64,000 nucleotides of DNA from Vicugna vicugna (taxonomy: Eukaryota): assembly GCA_013265495.1 (NCBI GenBank), contig MU057640.1, positions 691,303-755,302 of the forward strand. Reading direction: 5' to 3'. The first letter of the stretch is position 1. Each line of letters opens with the position of its first letter. Below the pieces are notes generated by a model that was not told the origin of the DNA, ran no database searches, and worked only from the letters and a program-made list of their open reading frames with translations. Shown piece by piece: positions 50,560-63,414 of the stretch. Made by a program: the position numbers and the translations under genes.

Positions 50560-52090
50560 TATTCCATCCTCAGAGAGGTTCAAGAGGATACGCACCACTA
50601 GCACGGAGCAGGCTACTGAGAAAAAGCAGTCCAAGAAATATTACAAATTCTTGGAAATGAAAAGCATGATTGTCGACCACCTCTCTCCACACTTAGTGAG
50701 AAAAGAAAAACTCATTAAAGTATAAAATCACAGAAGGGACACCATTGAAAACCGAACTGATGACTCTGAAGAGTAATTCAAGGAAGTCTACCCTCGAATA
50801 TAGACTAAAAAGACTAAGAGATGGAAATTATAATAGAGAAAAGATAAGAGATATGGCTGCTTCATCTCAGATGACCGGACTTCCTACAAAGGATTTCCTG
50901 AAAAGAGAGAGTAGAATGGAAAAAAGAGTAGCAATGATTTTTTTTTTAAGAAAGAAAGGAAGGAAGGAAGAAAAATAATTAAAGACTGAAGTTAAAGAAA
51001 GATTTAAGTTCTTGGATCAGATTAAAGGGACTACCAAGGGCATGCCAGAAATATTAGAAAGGAGATACTCATCTACATAATCTTTCTCTTTTGATGTTGA
51101 TTGAGAAATATGTCTCCAAGTGTCGGTTTAAAATAGATCAGGTTACTATTGCTCTGGGGAAGAATGCATTTGGACGTGGTAAAGGAAAACTTCTAGTTTT
51201 CATTTTTATACTTCATCATTATTTGCATGAAATAATGACATTTTAAAATAAAACATACTTGTAAGTGAGTATGGCTGGACTAGAAACTAGAGTAACAAAA
51301 GCTAATACAAAACTTGATTAATAAAATAAAAGTCAAGGAAGAGGAAAAGAAACAAGAAGAAAAATTAGATGCAGAAAGCATAAACCACCAGGAAAAAGAC
51401 AAACTATATGATCCAAGTAAATGTGACAGTTTTTATATTCCAATGTCCAAGGCAAAACACCCCATGAGAAAAATGGGCAAAGAACACAGAAACTGACAAG
51501 CCACAAAAGAAAAATGAGTATCTAGTAATCACGAGAAAATGTCCTCAAGTATATTAACAAAGAAATAAAAGTAAAATGAGATTTTTATTTTTTTCTATCA
51601 GATTTCCAAAGATGAAAAGGATTGATGATGCTTGGGTTGGTGAGGATGTGGGGAAATGTGAGCTTTTAAGCTGCGGGAGTGAAGAAAAGTTGTCACTGTT
51701 TTGCTCCAGGGGAATCTGGCCACAAGAACTAAAATTAAAATATGCATACCATTCCCAGCAATTCCAACCCCAGAAATTTATGCAAAAGAAATAACTGGAC
51801 TTGTATACAAGGATGTTCCTTGTATCATTGTTTATGTTGTGAAAAAAAAGAAGAGGTTATAACCTAGATATTTATGAGATGGGGACTGATTAAATTAATT
51901 ATACTACACTCAGGCAAGAGGACATTATGTAACTATTGAAAAGCATAGGTGGGTCTACATGTGTTTACATGGAAAGATTGCCATGATATGTTGCTAGTTA
52001 AAAAATTATGGGACAATGTATAAATAATGAACCCATTTATCCAAAAGAATATGATGTATATACATGCATACAAACCTAAATGGATAGACC
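50560..52090 (+). mobile_element. Ancient L1ME-type fragments
   Basis: A-rich; aaaatgagatttttattttttctatcagatt...gttggtgaggatgtggggaaatg...ccagcaattccaaccccagaaatttatgcaaaagaaata (degraded ORF2 3' end and UTR). Confidence 0.65.
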
Positions 52091-52097
52091 CTAAATC

Positions 52098-52630
52098 AAA
52101 GGTTTTCATACTTAGTTCACGGTGCCCTTAATGCCTCAGTAAGCTTTTCACAGTGCCCTGGGCCAAAAGCAGCACCACTAAAAAACTTAAAAGCTTTTTT
52201 TAAATTAAAAAGTCATTTACAAAGAACTTAGTCTGTATTTATGTCCTAAAGACTTTATAGCTATTTGAAATACATATAAATTGAAAGAAAAAATATGCTG
52301 ACTTTGTTCCCAAATGACTACACGTGTGTTGTAGTGTTCTGGACATCGTCTCAAACTTTGGAATCAGACTGGACCCTCATTTCCTATTCCATTTTGATTT
52401 TTGCCCAGGACTTGCTTTTTATTACAACTGCTCTGAAAACCCAGATATGCAAAGATATGACATCCCTGAAAGGAATGTAATGTGATCTAATGTTGAAAAT
52501 GGTGAACTGCCGTAACTAGCAGTTTATACAGTATCTGATGTAGGTCGAACGTCACTGTTTCCCTCAAAGATTTAGGATTCCCTGTGGTAACCCTGTTACT
52601 TCCCCGCAGCGGCCCAAGGGAACCGTGGCA
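52098..52630. mobile_element. hAT-Charlie (Charlie4a-like) remnant
   Basis: ttcacggtgcccttaatgcctcagtaagcttttcacagtgccctgggccaaaagc...cagcggcccaagggaaccgtggca. Confidence 0.5.
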
Positions 52631-53059
52631 TTAGGCTATTAACAAAAGCTCTTTCTGGAAAATGAGATTGGGTTGGATATAGAGAGAGTTTTCTTTATCA
52701 TGCGTGTCTGAATAGTTTGAAAATTTTTATAATAAGCCTCTATGACTCTATTACTCTTTATAAGGTTTTTCCATTAAAAAAAAAAGCCCGAAAAAAGCAA
52801 GAATGAAAGTGAACGAGAGGACACAGAGAAATGAAAAACAAAACAAAGAGTCGTCTAGCCGAGGGGCAGAGGGTGCAAAGGTGCACCTCGCTGGGTTTGT
52901 GTGTGTGTTTCCTTCTGTAATTGTGAACGTGGTTTAAGTTCCTCTGAGCTTCAGTTCTTTGGCTGTTAAGTAAACACAGTCGCTTCTCTCATAGGTCAGG
53001 AGCTACTGATGGAACCATCGCTGTCCCGTTACTCCAGGAGAACAGAGTGATGGAAACCA

Positions 53060-53235
53060 TGGATCCGGAACCCTCCCGCCTGGGTTCTAATCCTAACTCT
53101 GTCACCTACTTGCTGCGTGACCTTGAGCAAGTTCATCAACTCCTCTGTGCCTCAGTTTCCCATCTGCTCAATTGTGAGAATAGGAATTATCTTTTGTGAG
53201 GATTCAATGTGAGACACTAACTACATGGCCAGTAC
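53060..53235 (+). mobile_element. MIR SINE
   Basis: ctgggttctaatcctaactctgtcacctacttgctgcgtgaccttgagcaagtt...ctctgtgcctcagtttcccatctg. Confidence 0.85.
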
Positions 53236-53415
53236 AGTGGTGGTGTTGCTAATGAGTAAGGAACTCACCTGGGGGCTTACTTGAGGGGTTTCTGTTCCAC
53301 TGACAGAGTCAAGGAAGTAATGAGACAGGAAATAATGTAATCTCACGATCCCATGCATTTCCCCCCACATCTCTCCCACTCCCAAACAGTAAAACACTTT
53401 TTTCCCCTTTTTTAC

Positions 53416-53526
53416 CTCATCTCTATGTCCCATAAAGCGGTATCGTCGCTGATCCAGGGGTTGGATGGCTCTGCTGGCGTGATCAAAGGGTCATATTCCA
53501 CATACTGTTCCGTGTAGGCAATTAGG
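53416..53526 (-). CDS. RGS6: RGS6 internal exon (conventional exon 13), C-terminal half of the GGL (G-gamma-like) domain; 111 nt, phase 2-2
   Basis: Minus strand reads ttttctgtag|C CTA ATT GCC TAC...ATG AG|gtaaaa and translates (S)[36 protein letters not shown](S), with the R7-family GGL signature DPL...NPW.SDD...W. It joins in frame to the 44921-45046 exon. Not captured in this frame by the ORF track. Confidence 0.97.
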
Positions 53527-54079
53527 CTACAGAAAAGCAGCAGAACAAAGAATGGCACTGATTTCCTCTAAAAATTTGTATTCTGTTTTACACAAACATT
53601 GTATCAGTCTTCATATAATTCTAAGTTAAGGGGAAAAAAATTACCTTCACTCCCACTTCCAAAAAATCAAACTGTTTTCACTTGTCCTTGTAAAGCTTCT
53701 CATGATGAACATACTATTTCTGCATTATTGCAGTCATAGTATACACAGGCATTTTATATCTTTTCCCACTTTACTCTTTCCCCAAACCTTGGTGTGCCCC
53801 TCCCTGGTTATGCTAGCCTCACTGATACACTGGTCCAAACCTGCTGTGTATCATCCTCCCAAATAGACTACAGATCTCAAGGCATCTGGGGCACATAGAG
53901 GATGCTACAGTTTTTCTAGGCTGCCATCCCAGCATTCCCAACTGGAGGACTTTCTTATAATAAAGACTTTAAAATCCTGGCAGACCAAAAGGAGCTAACA
54001 AATTATAAGCATTTTTTCCCCAAAAAGTGACTTAGTTTTTCTAGTTGTAATTTAGATAACCACATAATCTTTCAAACAA

Positions 54080-55700
54080 AGATTTTAATTTTTATCAAAA
54101 TGCATGTAGATTGTTAAAACAATAAAATAGTACTAAATGATTTCATGTACAAAACAGCAATAGCAGTGTTTTTTCTCTTATCCCTTCTCACAGAGGCACC
54201 TACTTTCTATCCTTGTTTCTTTCAGCATTTACCTGTATATTTCTAAATTATATATTTTTACAGCTACTCTTGGTAATCAATTTTAGACAAAGATTTAACT
54301 TTCTATTCACTAGTCCCTAACTCATTCCACTGTCTCCTCCCGTGATTCTCCAAATAGACTTATGTAACACTTTTTGTTAGACCAATAGTTAGTGTCCACA
54401 TTATTAAACTTGATAAAAATTGCTTGTTGCTGAGCTAAATAGTGTATTATTACCTTTTTAAAGTGTTCTAACAAGTGTGTAAAACATCTGGCAATAATTT
54501 CCCACGTCTTAAACACATCAGAAAATCAGTCAGTTCTGTCTCCCTGTCTCCTGGAGGTCCTCTCCCCAAAGTCTTGAGTCCTTTTGCTCTAATCTGGACT
54601 GTTTGCCCTACAGGCTTGATGCAAAATCATCATCCTGGGCCTTCCTTCACTTCTGTGTTAAAGCTCTGGTTTTCTGGATTCCATGTATGTCCATTGGTTT
54701 TATTCCCTAGTTGTGCTGAAGCACATCCTTTAGTAGTTTCCTAAGAAAGGATGCATAAGTGTTAAATGTTTTGAGTCCTTACCGGTCTAAAAATGTTTTT
54801 ATTTTATCTTTATGCTTGAGTAGTGAACACAGAATCCTAGGTTAAAAATAATTTTCTTTCAGAATTTTGAAGGCATTGATCACTTTTTTTGGTATTCAGT
54901 GTTGCTATGTTACTGTGAAGAAGTCTGAATCCATTTTGATTTTTTTCTTTTGTTCAGTTTCTTTTCTCTCTGGAAGCTTAGAATCGTCTCTTCATTGCTA
55001 TAGTGCTCTCAAATTTCAACACGACCCTTGCCAGCAGTTTTTATTCACTGTGCTGGGCACAACGGGAAATCAATAGGTATATATATACACATCTCCCAGA
55101 AATCTGATGGTACTTCTTTGCTAATTTCATAACCTTTATTTCCTCTGTTTTCTTTTTTTAAAATAATTCCTTTAAATTAAATATTGGAATCAATAATCCA
55201 ATATTGTTCAATTTTCCCTCCCATTTTTTTATCTCCTCATCTTTTTGTCTGATGGTTCTTCCAAATTTTCTTTGTATTTTTTTCATTTGGATTATTACTT
55301 TCTTATGTTTCTAAAGTTCACTCTGGTTTATCATAGCATTTAGTTCTTGTTTTAGGGATGAAATACCTTCTCGTATCTATGAGAATATTAATTCTATATT
55401 TTTTATTGTCAGTTTCTTCTGTGTTTTGAGATGTTTTCTGTTCCTCCCAGCCCCTTTTTCTGTCTGTCTGCTTTGATCACCCTCCTTTGTTCTGGGGCTC
55501 TCTCTGAGTGTCTGGAACATCTCTGGACATCCATTTGTGCTTAAGCATGAGGTACCAAAACGTGCTGGGAGGCTCAGTGTGTGCGTGGACAGGACTCGCC
55601 AATTGATGGGCTTCATTGTTGGGTCCTGGAAGCTTGCCTGTCATCTCAGCAGAGCTCCACATGAGGAATCTGGAGTCTTTCTTCAGATATCTATTTTTCT
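54080..55700 (-). mobile_element. Ancient L1/HAL1-like remnants (T-rich on plus strand)
   Basis: ctaaaaatgtttttattttatct...aaaataattttctttcagaattttgaaggcattg...gttactgtgaagaagtctgaatccattttgat. Confidence 0.55.
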
Positions 55701-55705
55701 CTAAA

Positions 55706-55935
55706 GGTGGGGTAAGCAAACTTTTTCTGCAAGACCCAGATAGTAAATATTTTAGGCTTTGCAGACCAGATGGTGTCTGTTGCAACTACTCTGCTGTTCT
55801 GTTGTAGAACAAGAGCTGCCACAGATAATTCGTATACCAAGGCATGTGACTGTATTCCAATAAAACTTTATTTGCAAACACAGGTAGTGGAGTGGCATGG
55901 ATTTGGCCCTTGGGTTGTAGTGTCCCAGTTCCTTG
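55706..55935. mobile_element. MER58A (hAT-Charlie) MITE
   Basis: ggggtaagcaaactttttctgcaagacccagatagtaaatattttaggctttgcag...tattccaataaaactttatttgcaaacacagg...gatttggccc. Confidence 0.85.
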
Positions 55936-57064
55936 CCTGTGGGCATCTACATCTGGCTCCTGGCGGGCTGAGAGCAGGGCAGAGGAGGGGTGGAAGGCCC
56001 ACAGTTCAGCAGGCAGATCTCTCACTAATTCTTTTGTGTTCAGCTGGTTCTTTAGGATGTGATGTGCCTGAGTTCTGAGCTGATGTGACTCAGCTTCTCT
56101 GGAGAATGAATTGCCCATCTCCCATTGTGGTGGCAAGTGGGGAGAGAGGATCTCCTCAGGGAGCATGGATCAAGGGATCCAAAGGCTCCAGAGACAGACT
56201 GCCCATTCCTCTGGGACTAGCCTTATGCCCCATTCTTGCCTTCCATGGCCCCTGGTGTCTTCAAGAACCAAAACCAGATTTTAATGGACAAACTGGTTTT
56301 GTTATAATTCTCCCATTCCTAACATGGAGCCTATAATGTTCTTCACTCTGTCCTCATCCTTTCTTTTTTTTATTAAACTTTAAAATTAACTTGTGAATTT
56401 TTAAAAATAAATTTTGAACTATTTCTGGCATACAAAAAGGCATAACATTTATAAGAACATTACCCTTGTGCTTACCACCCCAAAAAAGAATTATAACACT
56501 ACAGATAGAGACAGGGAGGCTTGTGGTCCTGCTCCTCAATTCCTTACACTTTTGATCTTGCAAAAATTTGTGAGAACTGTTAACCCATTCATTGGTTGAC
56601 CTTATGAGTTCATGCCATTGTTATTCCTTTATTGAAGTGTTACTTCTGGGGAAGGAGGGAAGATAAACATATGCCCACAATATTGTCTGGAGTGAATTTA
56701 TTTTAATTTATGTAGCATTTGCTTTATATTAGACACAGACTTTTGTTTTGTTTTGGTTTGGTTTTAGTGTACGTAGCAGTGGAGGTAGAACACCATTGTT
56801 TACGTGGTTTTTTCCCCATCTTTTGGGTTATTTATTTAGAATTAACAACCATAAGTGGAATTACTGGGCCAAAAGGTATGAATATTTTTTTGGTTCTCAA
56901 TCCACAGTAGAACTTCTCCCTAAGCATTGCCAGCTGGAGTGTCACCCGCTTTCTCTGCCATGGCAGGTTCAGAACCACGATTCCTACTACTTAATTGCAA
57001 AGGGCGAGCAAGGCCAGTTAGCTCTCTTCTGAGAATGTGAAAATATTCAGTGGCAGCACCCCCT

Positions 57065-57230
57065 CCTTGCTACTCCAAGTGTGGTCCCCAAACCAGCAGC
57101 ACAGCATCACCTGGGAGCTCGTAAGGAATGCAGAACCTCAGGCCCCACCCAGACCTACTGAGTCAGAACCTGCGTCAGTGATAAGATTGCCCCGGTGATT
57201 CATACGTACATTCAACTTGAGAAGCACCAC
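57065..57230. mobile_element. MER5A DNA transposon
   Basis: gctactccaagtgtggtcccc...cagcatcacctgggagctcgtaaggaatgcagaacctcaggccccacccagacctactgagtcagaa...ttgagaagcac. Confidence 0.85.
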
Positions 57231-57800
57231 CGCCTGTCCTTCAATTTTCTGAGACGCTCAGGATGCAGGATGTTTTGTTCATCAAATGAAAACGAAGGCG
57301 GCTGCAGGTTTCCTAACTCCTCAGAGCCTCCTCGTTGTCCCAGGTGTAGAGAGTCACCTGGCGGGGTGGGAGGACCAACTGGTCCAGGTTGGAAAACCTT
57401 GGATCTGGGTCTTGGGTGATCACTGAACTGACCTTTGTCAGGTTCACCTTATGTTACATAATGGCCTTGAGCACTTTTGATAAAAAATGGGAAAGCATTT
57501 CAAGCGTCTTCCAAATGCTCCACGACTGTAAGATTGATGACTGAAATCACCACGTGCAGTGCAGGCCCATCACCCTGGAAATCTCCTACAGGATGTGCAT
57601 CCAGCCCGGGGAAGCTTCGTCCATATGAGTGGTACAGCGTCTCAGGTGCAAATGAACAGGAAAGGGAGCTCTGAGGGGACACTGTGGCAGCATGGACCAG
57701 GCAGTAAGCTGGTGTTGCAACAGCTCCACTGGGAGTCACCCCTTTGCCACGTGGGCTAATTTCATTCTTTCTGAGAGAAATGGGGTGTCACATTAAGGAA

Positions 57801-58270
57801 TATGTCAGTTTTCTAGGGCTGCTGTGACAAATTACGACAAAACTGGTGGCTTAAAACAACAGAAATTTATTCTTTCTCACTTCGAGGAGCTAGAAGTCTG
57901 AAATTGAGGTGTCAGCAGGGCCATGCTCCCTCAGACGTCTCTAGGCGAGAGTCCTTCCTTGACTCTTCCGGATTCTGGTGGCTCCGGGTGACCCATCCTT
58001 GGCTTGTGGCTGCATCACTCCAGTCTCTGCCTCTGTCTTCACATGGCTTCTCCTCTGTGCCTGTGTCTTCTCTCCTCTTTCTTACAAGCACACTTGGCAT
58101 TAGATTTAGGGTCTCTCTGGGTCATCCAGAATGATCTCATCTCAAGATCCTTCATTGTATCTGCAAAGACTTCTTAAATAAGGTCACATTTATTCCCAGG
58201 TCCTATGCGTCAGGATTTGCACTTATCTTTTTTTTTTTTTTGAGGTGGGGGGCTCTATTCAACCCACTGC
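57801..58270 (-). mobile_element. MaLR solo LTR (MLT1B/C-like)
   Basis: ttttctagggctgctgtgacaaattac...gtggcttaaaacaacagaaatttattct...aagtctgaaattgaggtgtcagcagggccatgctccctc...ctgcaaagac...aaataaggtcacatt. Confidence 0.85.
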
Positions 58271-58686
58271 AAGGAACATGAAAGCACCTGGGTGTGAGTC
58301 TGGGGAGGGCACAGTGGACCACCTGACTTCTTCGCTCAGATCGGTACAATAACAAACCAGCAGCAGGTAACCTAGATCTATTCAAGGGATGACAGGTCAC
58401 ACGGAGATGCTCCGGAGTGTCTGAGGCAGGATGGGGTGTTGGGGGCTTTCCTGATTATAAGGCATTTGGGCATTCACTGTGGTAAAATCTGACGATGGGT
58501 GTAGTCCATGGGGCTCTGCTCAGCTGTGACCCCTTTGTCCTCCCGAATGTCTGCATCTTGCTGTCCCAGTGACCTCAGTCTCTGGTGACTGTGAATCTCT
58601 GATAAAAGGCTTCTACTTGGCAGCCCAAGGCAAAGGCTGGGCCTTCATCTAACTAGTCATCTACAAGTTTGAGGAAAAAAATTTTT

Positions 58687-58752
58687 AATTGAAATATGTC
58701 TGATTTATAATGTTATGTTAATTTCTGGTATACAGTAAAGAGATTCAGTTAA

Positions 58753-58783
<31 letters not shown>

Positions 58784-60133
58784 TACATATATATTCTTTT
58801 TCAGATTCTTTTCCATTATACGTTATTACAAGATATTGCTGTGCTATACAGTAGGACCTTGTTGTTTATTTATTTTATGTATAGTAGTTTGTATCTGCTA
58901 ATCCCAAACTTCTAATTTATTCCTCCCCACCCTTTCCCCATTGATAACCATAAGGTTGTTTTCTATGTCTGTGAGTCTGTTTCTGTTTTGTAAATAAGGT
59001 CATTTGTATTATATTTTAGATTCCACATATGAATAATACTATATGATATTTGTCTTTCTGTCTGACTTACTTCACTTAGTATGATAATCTCTAGGCCCAT
59101 CCATGTTGCTGCAAATGACATTATCTCACTTTTTTATGCCCGAGTAGTATTCCATTGTGTGTGTGCATGTGTGTGTGTGTCTGTGTACAAATTTTCTTTA
59201 TCCAATCATCTGTCGATGGACATTTAGGTTGTTTCTACATCTTGGCTATTATAAATAGTGCTACTATGAACATTGGGGAGCATGTATGTTTTTGAATTAG
59301 AGTTTTCTCCAGATACATGCCCAGGAGTGGGACTGCTGGATCATATGGTAAGCCTGTGTTTAGTTTTTAGAGGAACTTCCATACTGTTCTCTATAGTGGC
59401 TGCACCAATTTACATTCCTACCAACAGTGTAGAAGGGTTCCCTTTTCTCCACACCATCTCCAGCATTTATTGTTTGTGGACATTTTAATGGTGGCCATTC
59501 TGACTGGTGTGAGGTGATACCTCATTGTAATTCTGATTTGCATTTCTCTGATAATTAGTGATACTGAGCATTTTTTCATGTGCCTACTGGCCATCTGTAT
59601 GTCTTCTTTGTAGAAATGTCTACTTAGGTCTTCTGTCCATTTTTTGATTGGGTTGGTTTTTTGTTGTTATTGGTTATATGAGCTGTTTATATATTTTGGA
59701 AATTAAACCCTTGTCTGTCACATTGTTTGAAAATATTTTCTCCCAGTCTGTAGGTTACTGTTTCATTTTCTTATGGTTCCCTGTGCTGTGCAAAAGCTTT
59801 TAAGCTTGATTAGGTCCCTTTTGTTTATTTTTGCTTTTATTTCTATTGCTTTGGGAGACTGACCTCAGAAAGTGTTGCTACAATTTATGTCAGAGAACGT
59901 CTTGCCTATGTTCTCCTCTAGGAGGTTTATGGTGTCCTGTCTTATATTTAAGTCTTTAAGCCATTTTGAGTTTATTTTTGTGTATGGTGTGAAGGAATGT
60001 TCTAACTTCATTGATTTACATGTGGCTGTCTGGTTTTCTGAAGCCGAAGAGACAGTCTTTCTCCATTGTATATTCTTGCCTCCTTTGTCAAAGATTAATT
60101 GACTGTAGGTGTATGGGGTTTTTTCTGGGCTCA
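58687..60133 (-). mobile_element. 5'-truncated artiodactyl L1 (ORF2 C-terminus plus 3' UTR), about 1.45 kb, with probable target-site duplication
   Basis: ORF 59865..60182 gives QLIFDKGGKNIQWRK...TPYTKINSKWLKDLNIR...LLEENIG (L1 ORF2p); 3' end at about 58690; flanks aggaaaaaaattttt (58672-58686) and aggaaaaacattttt (60134-60148). Confidence 0.92.
58759..58783. repeat. (AC)n microsatellite within the L1 3' UTR
   Basis: acacacacacacacacacacacac run. Confidence 0.9.
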
Positions 60134-60424
60134 AGGAAAAACATTTTTTTAACCAGAAATGGATTTCCCAGAAGTAAAACATAGGGATGGAAAAAAATCC
60201 CCACCCTTCCTTAGCTTTCTGTGAGTCAGGCTGGAGGTCTTACCAGACCCTTCCCACAACCCCAGCTTGTGTATTATTAGGCCTTCCATGTGGCCACACC
60301 TCCAACCTGGCAAGGCAGGTCCAACAGCTGGGTCAAGTCCCGTGCATAGGTCTTCAGATGGAGCCAGGAACGAGCAGCTGGGGAGAGAGGAGAGCCAGGA
60401 GGCTCAGACGAGGCTGGGGTGAGT

Positions 60425-60651
60425 ATAGTTGACCTTTGAACAATGTAGGTTTGAACCTTGCTGGTCCACTTGTACTCAGGCTTTTTTCTAATAGATACTG
60501 TAGTAGCACACGATCTGTCATTGGTTGCATTCACCAATGCAGAAACCAACACAAAGAATTATGGATACAGAGGGTCAGCTATACTTTGTATGTGAATTTT
60601 CAACTGTGTGATGGTCATATCCCCTAACCCCAAGTTATTCAAGGGTCAGCA
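60425..60651. mobile_element. TcMar-Tigger MITE (MER8-like) with terminal inverted repeats
   Basis: Begins tagttgacctttgaacaa and ends ttattcaagggtcagc (TIR consensus CAGTTGACCCTTGAACAA). Confidence 0.8.
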
Positions 60652-62109
60652 TACTTGGGCACTCGAGGAGACAGCATGTGGGCTCCGAGTTGCTGCAGGA
60701 AAGTCAATGAAGGCAGCGGTCCACTGCCCAGCCTAGGGCAGGGGAGTCTTAAAAGACCAGGGAGCCGCTGTGAGCATCACTGGCTATAATATCCCCAGAG
60801 AAATCTGGGGGTATTCAGAAGAGTGGGTGGAGGAAAGGTGGTGAGATTTAACGGTGATGTTGGTTCAAGGGAAGTGGTCGAAAGCCCAAGGTGGGATTTT
60901 GTAATCACCCAGGGGCACAAGATACGACTATGTAACAGGCATTGAGTGTGAACGAAGTTGTTCCTATGACCTAGCTCCACGTCCTGGGAGGTGGTCCAGG
61001 CAGGCATCAAGGATATAGGTGGAGGAACACATGAAGAGAGAGCTAAGATCAGTGATCTGCATTCCATCGGCAACCTCAACTCCCTTTTGCCAGTAACCTA
61101 ACATAATCCTAGGTTCTGGGGATTAGGACACGGACATCCTTGAGAGGCCATTATGCTGCCTTCCACAAGTGTGATTTGCAAGTAATCTGTGCCCAGAAGG
61201 CAGAGAATGAGATCACCTGGGGCATGGTGTGGAGGTAGATAAAAGGTGGACACAGGATACTCTTTGGGACTGGCCCCAACATGTTTTCAATGCCATTGTC
61301 ACGACCCATGCAAATAAACCCAGTGTTCATGAATCTGTGTTCCCTTGTTTGTCCTGTTTGCCACCTTCACTGAGTGGAAAAGACAGGAGACAGTAAACCC
61401 CCTTCTCTTGGGGGCTCCTATGGGTGGCGTGGACTTCCAGCCGTCTGTTGCCTTAGCTGCTCTCTTGGCTTCCTGTAGGGATTGATCCTTCCCAGAGAGA
61501 GTGGCGGAGGGTCAACTCCATAGCTCGGGTGGCAGAGGGCTGAGAGGAGGTGAAAAATACCCGACATGGGCAGAGAGGGAAGATGCTCTCCTCTCCCCTT
61601 CTGTGTCTCCACATCACCAGACTGGATGGAAACTGTGCAGGGAGGGAAAGGGAGGACTGCTTGCCTTTTTCTTGCCCTCTTGTCTCTCTCATCTGGGCTG
61701 GAGGTGCCTTCTGCTTAGGAGCTAGGGCTTCCAAGGTGGGAGCCAGAGGAAAGAAACAAAGAGCTGGCTACTTTAAGATCTTAGCTTCATGCAGGGAGTA
61801 AAAGGCCTTTAGGTCTGAGTCTGGCTGTCCAGTGCCATTTCTTAGGTGTGAAAAGAGCAAAAATAGAGACAGAAGCACTGTCTAAGGATACAGTTGGGTG
61901 TGCTTGGCTGCGGTGACCCTTGTGCTGCGTCTTCTCGGGGTCTGCGTGAAGCAGGTAGGGATCCTGGATGGTGAGAAGTCCTCCAAAGTGGGTGAGCTAG
62001 CACAGAGGACGTCTCTGGATCTCTGCTCAGTTCTACCCACCTCCTGGGAATTGCACCCCAACATGTACACAGGGTGACTTTAGGTGTGGAGGTAGATAAA
62101 AGGTGGTGC

Positions 62110-62490
62110 TGTGTACTTATAAGCCCTGCTCCTGCCCATGGATGGCTTGTTCAGGAGTGGACACCAGACCCAAGCTGAGTTAACGTCCTTTTTCTCCAGC
62201 ATCAGCAGTAGCAATTGTAAAGTGACAAAGTTCAGGGGCTGGAGATGGTCCTGTTTCCTAACATCTTTCTGTGATGAAAGTGAATGAGGCCATCGCGGGG
62301 AGTGCAGTAGGACCAGAGATGAAGACGGGGTCTCAGGTGCTCGAGGCCCTGGCTCCAGCTATTCTTGAGCTTAGTAGCATCACAGTCCTTCCCAGAGTTC
62401 AAGTTTGCAGCACCTCCTTGTATCCTGCCCACATATATTTCTTTTAGCTGACCTGGGTCCAGGTTGGGGTTATATTACTTGGAACCAAAT
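62110..62490 (+). mobile_element. Old MaLR LTR remnant (MLT1J/K-like)
   Basis: gatggcttgttcaggagtggacaccagacccaagctgag...ttcttttagctgacctgggtccaggttggggttatattacttggaaccaa. Confidence 0.55.
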
Positions 62491-62826
62491 AATACAGTTG
62501 AAAAAATGATGAAGGTAATGAGGATGTGAAGGCAGTTCATTGAGGCAGCCCTTGGTAGCATTAGCCAGAGAGGTTTCCCCTCCCCCAGAGCATGCACTTC
62601 CTTGCAGGGCACAGACAGCAAGATGAACAGAGTCTGCTCGGGACACACGAAGACAATGACGAGGCCAGGCAGGCAATGAAGGTGGGAGCAATGGTCAGTA
62701 CAAAGTACTACATGAGTCTAAAGTCAATACTGGTAACTACAGGAAGCCTTGAGATAACTGGAAAAGCACAGAGGGAGCACAAAAGAGGGGCATGGAAAGA
62801 GCTTTCAAGAATGCCTGGCACGAAGT

Positions 62827-62939
62827 GGGGGAGGGTATAGCTCAAGCGGTAGAGCGCATGCTTAGCAAGCACGAGGTCCTGGGTTCAGTCCCTGGTACCT
62901 CCACTAAAAAGAAATAAATAAAACCTAAAAAAAAAAAAA
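62827..62939 (+). mobile_element. tRNA-Ala-derived SINE (Vic-1-like) with poly(A) tail and 16-bp target-site duplication
   Basis: ggggagggtatagctcaagcggtagagcgcatgcttagcaagcacgaggtcctgggttcagtccctggtacctcca plus A tail; TSD aagaatgcctggcacg (62807-62822) / aagaatgcttggcacg (62940-62955). Confidence 0.9.
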
Positions 62940-63024
62940 AAGAATGCTTGGCACGTAACAGCACACAAACAGCAATGGTGCACTGACAGCTGGGTACCAG
63001 CGGCACAAAAGCTGAACAGGGAGG

Positions 63025-63414
63025 TGTTAACAGACTGAATTGTGTCCCTCCCCAAACTTCATAAGTTGAAGCCCTAACCTCCAATGTGGCTGTTTGGGGA
63101 GGCAGAGCCTTTAAGAAGGTAATTAAAGTTAAGTGAGGTCATAAGGGTGGGGCCCTAATCTGATAGGACTGTCCTTATAAGAAAAGGAAGAGACAGAGAG
63201 CTCTCTGTCCTCTGTGTGTGCACAGAGGAAAGGCCATGTGAGGACACAGCCAGAAGGTGGCCGTCTGCAAGCCAGGAAGAGAGGCCTCACCAGAAACCAG
63301 CCCTGTGGGCAGCTGGATCACGGACCTCCAACCTCCAGAACTGTGAGAAAATAAATGTTGTTTAAGCCACCAAGTCTGTGGTGTTTTGTTACAGCAGCCT
63401 GAACTGACGATTAC
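63025..63414 (+). mobile_element. MLT1A/MLT1A0 solo LTR, near full length
   Basis: gactgaattgtgtccctccccaaa...gaagccctaacctccaatgtg...gtgaggtcataagggtggggccctaat...tccagaactgtgagaaaataaatgttgtttaagccacc...ttaca. Confidence 0.9.

Noticed and set aside
62827..62903. Apparent tRNA-Ala gene
   Set aside because: Poly(A) tail and target-site duplication identify it as a SINE.
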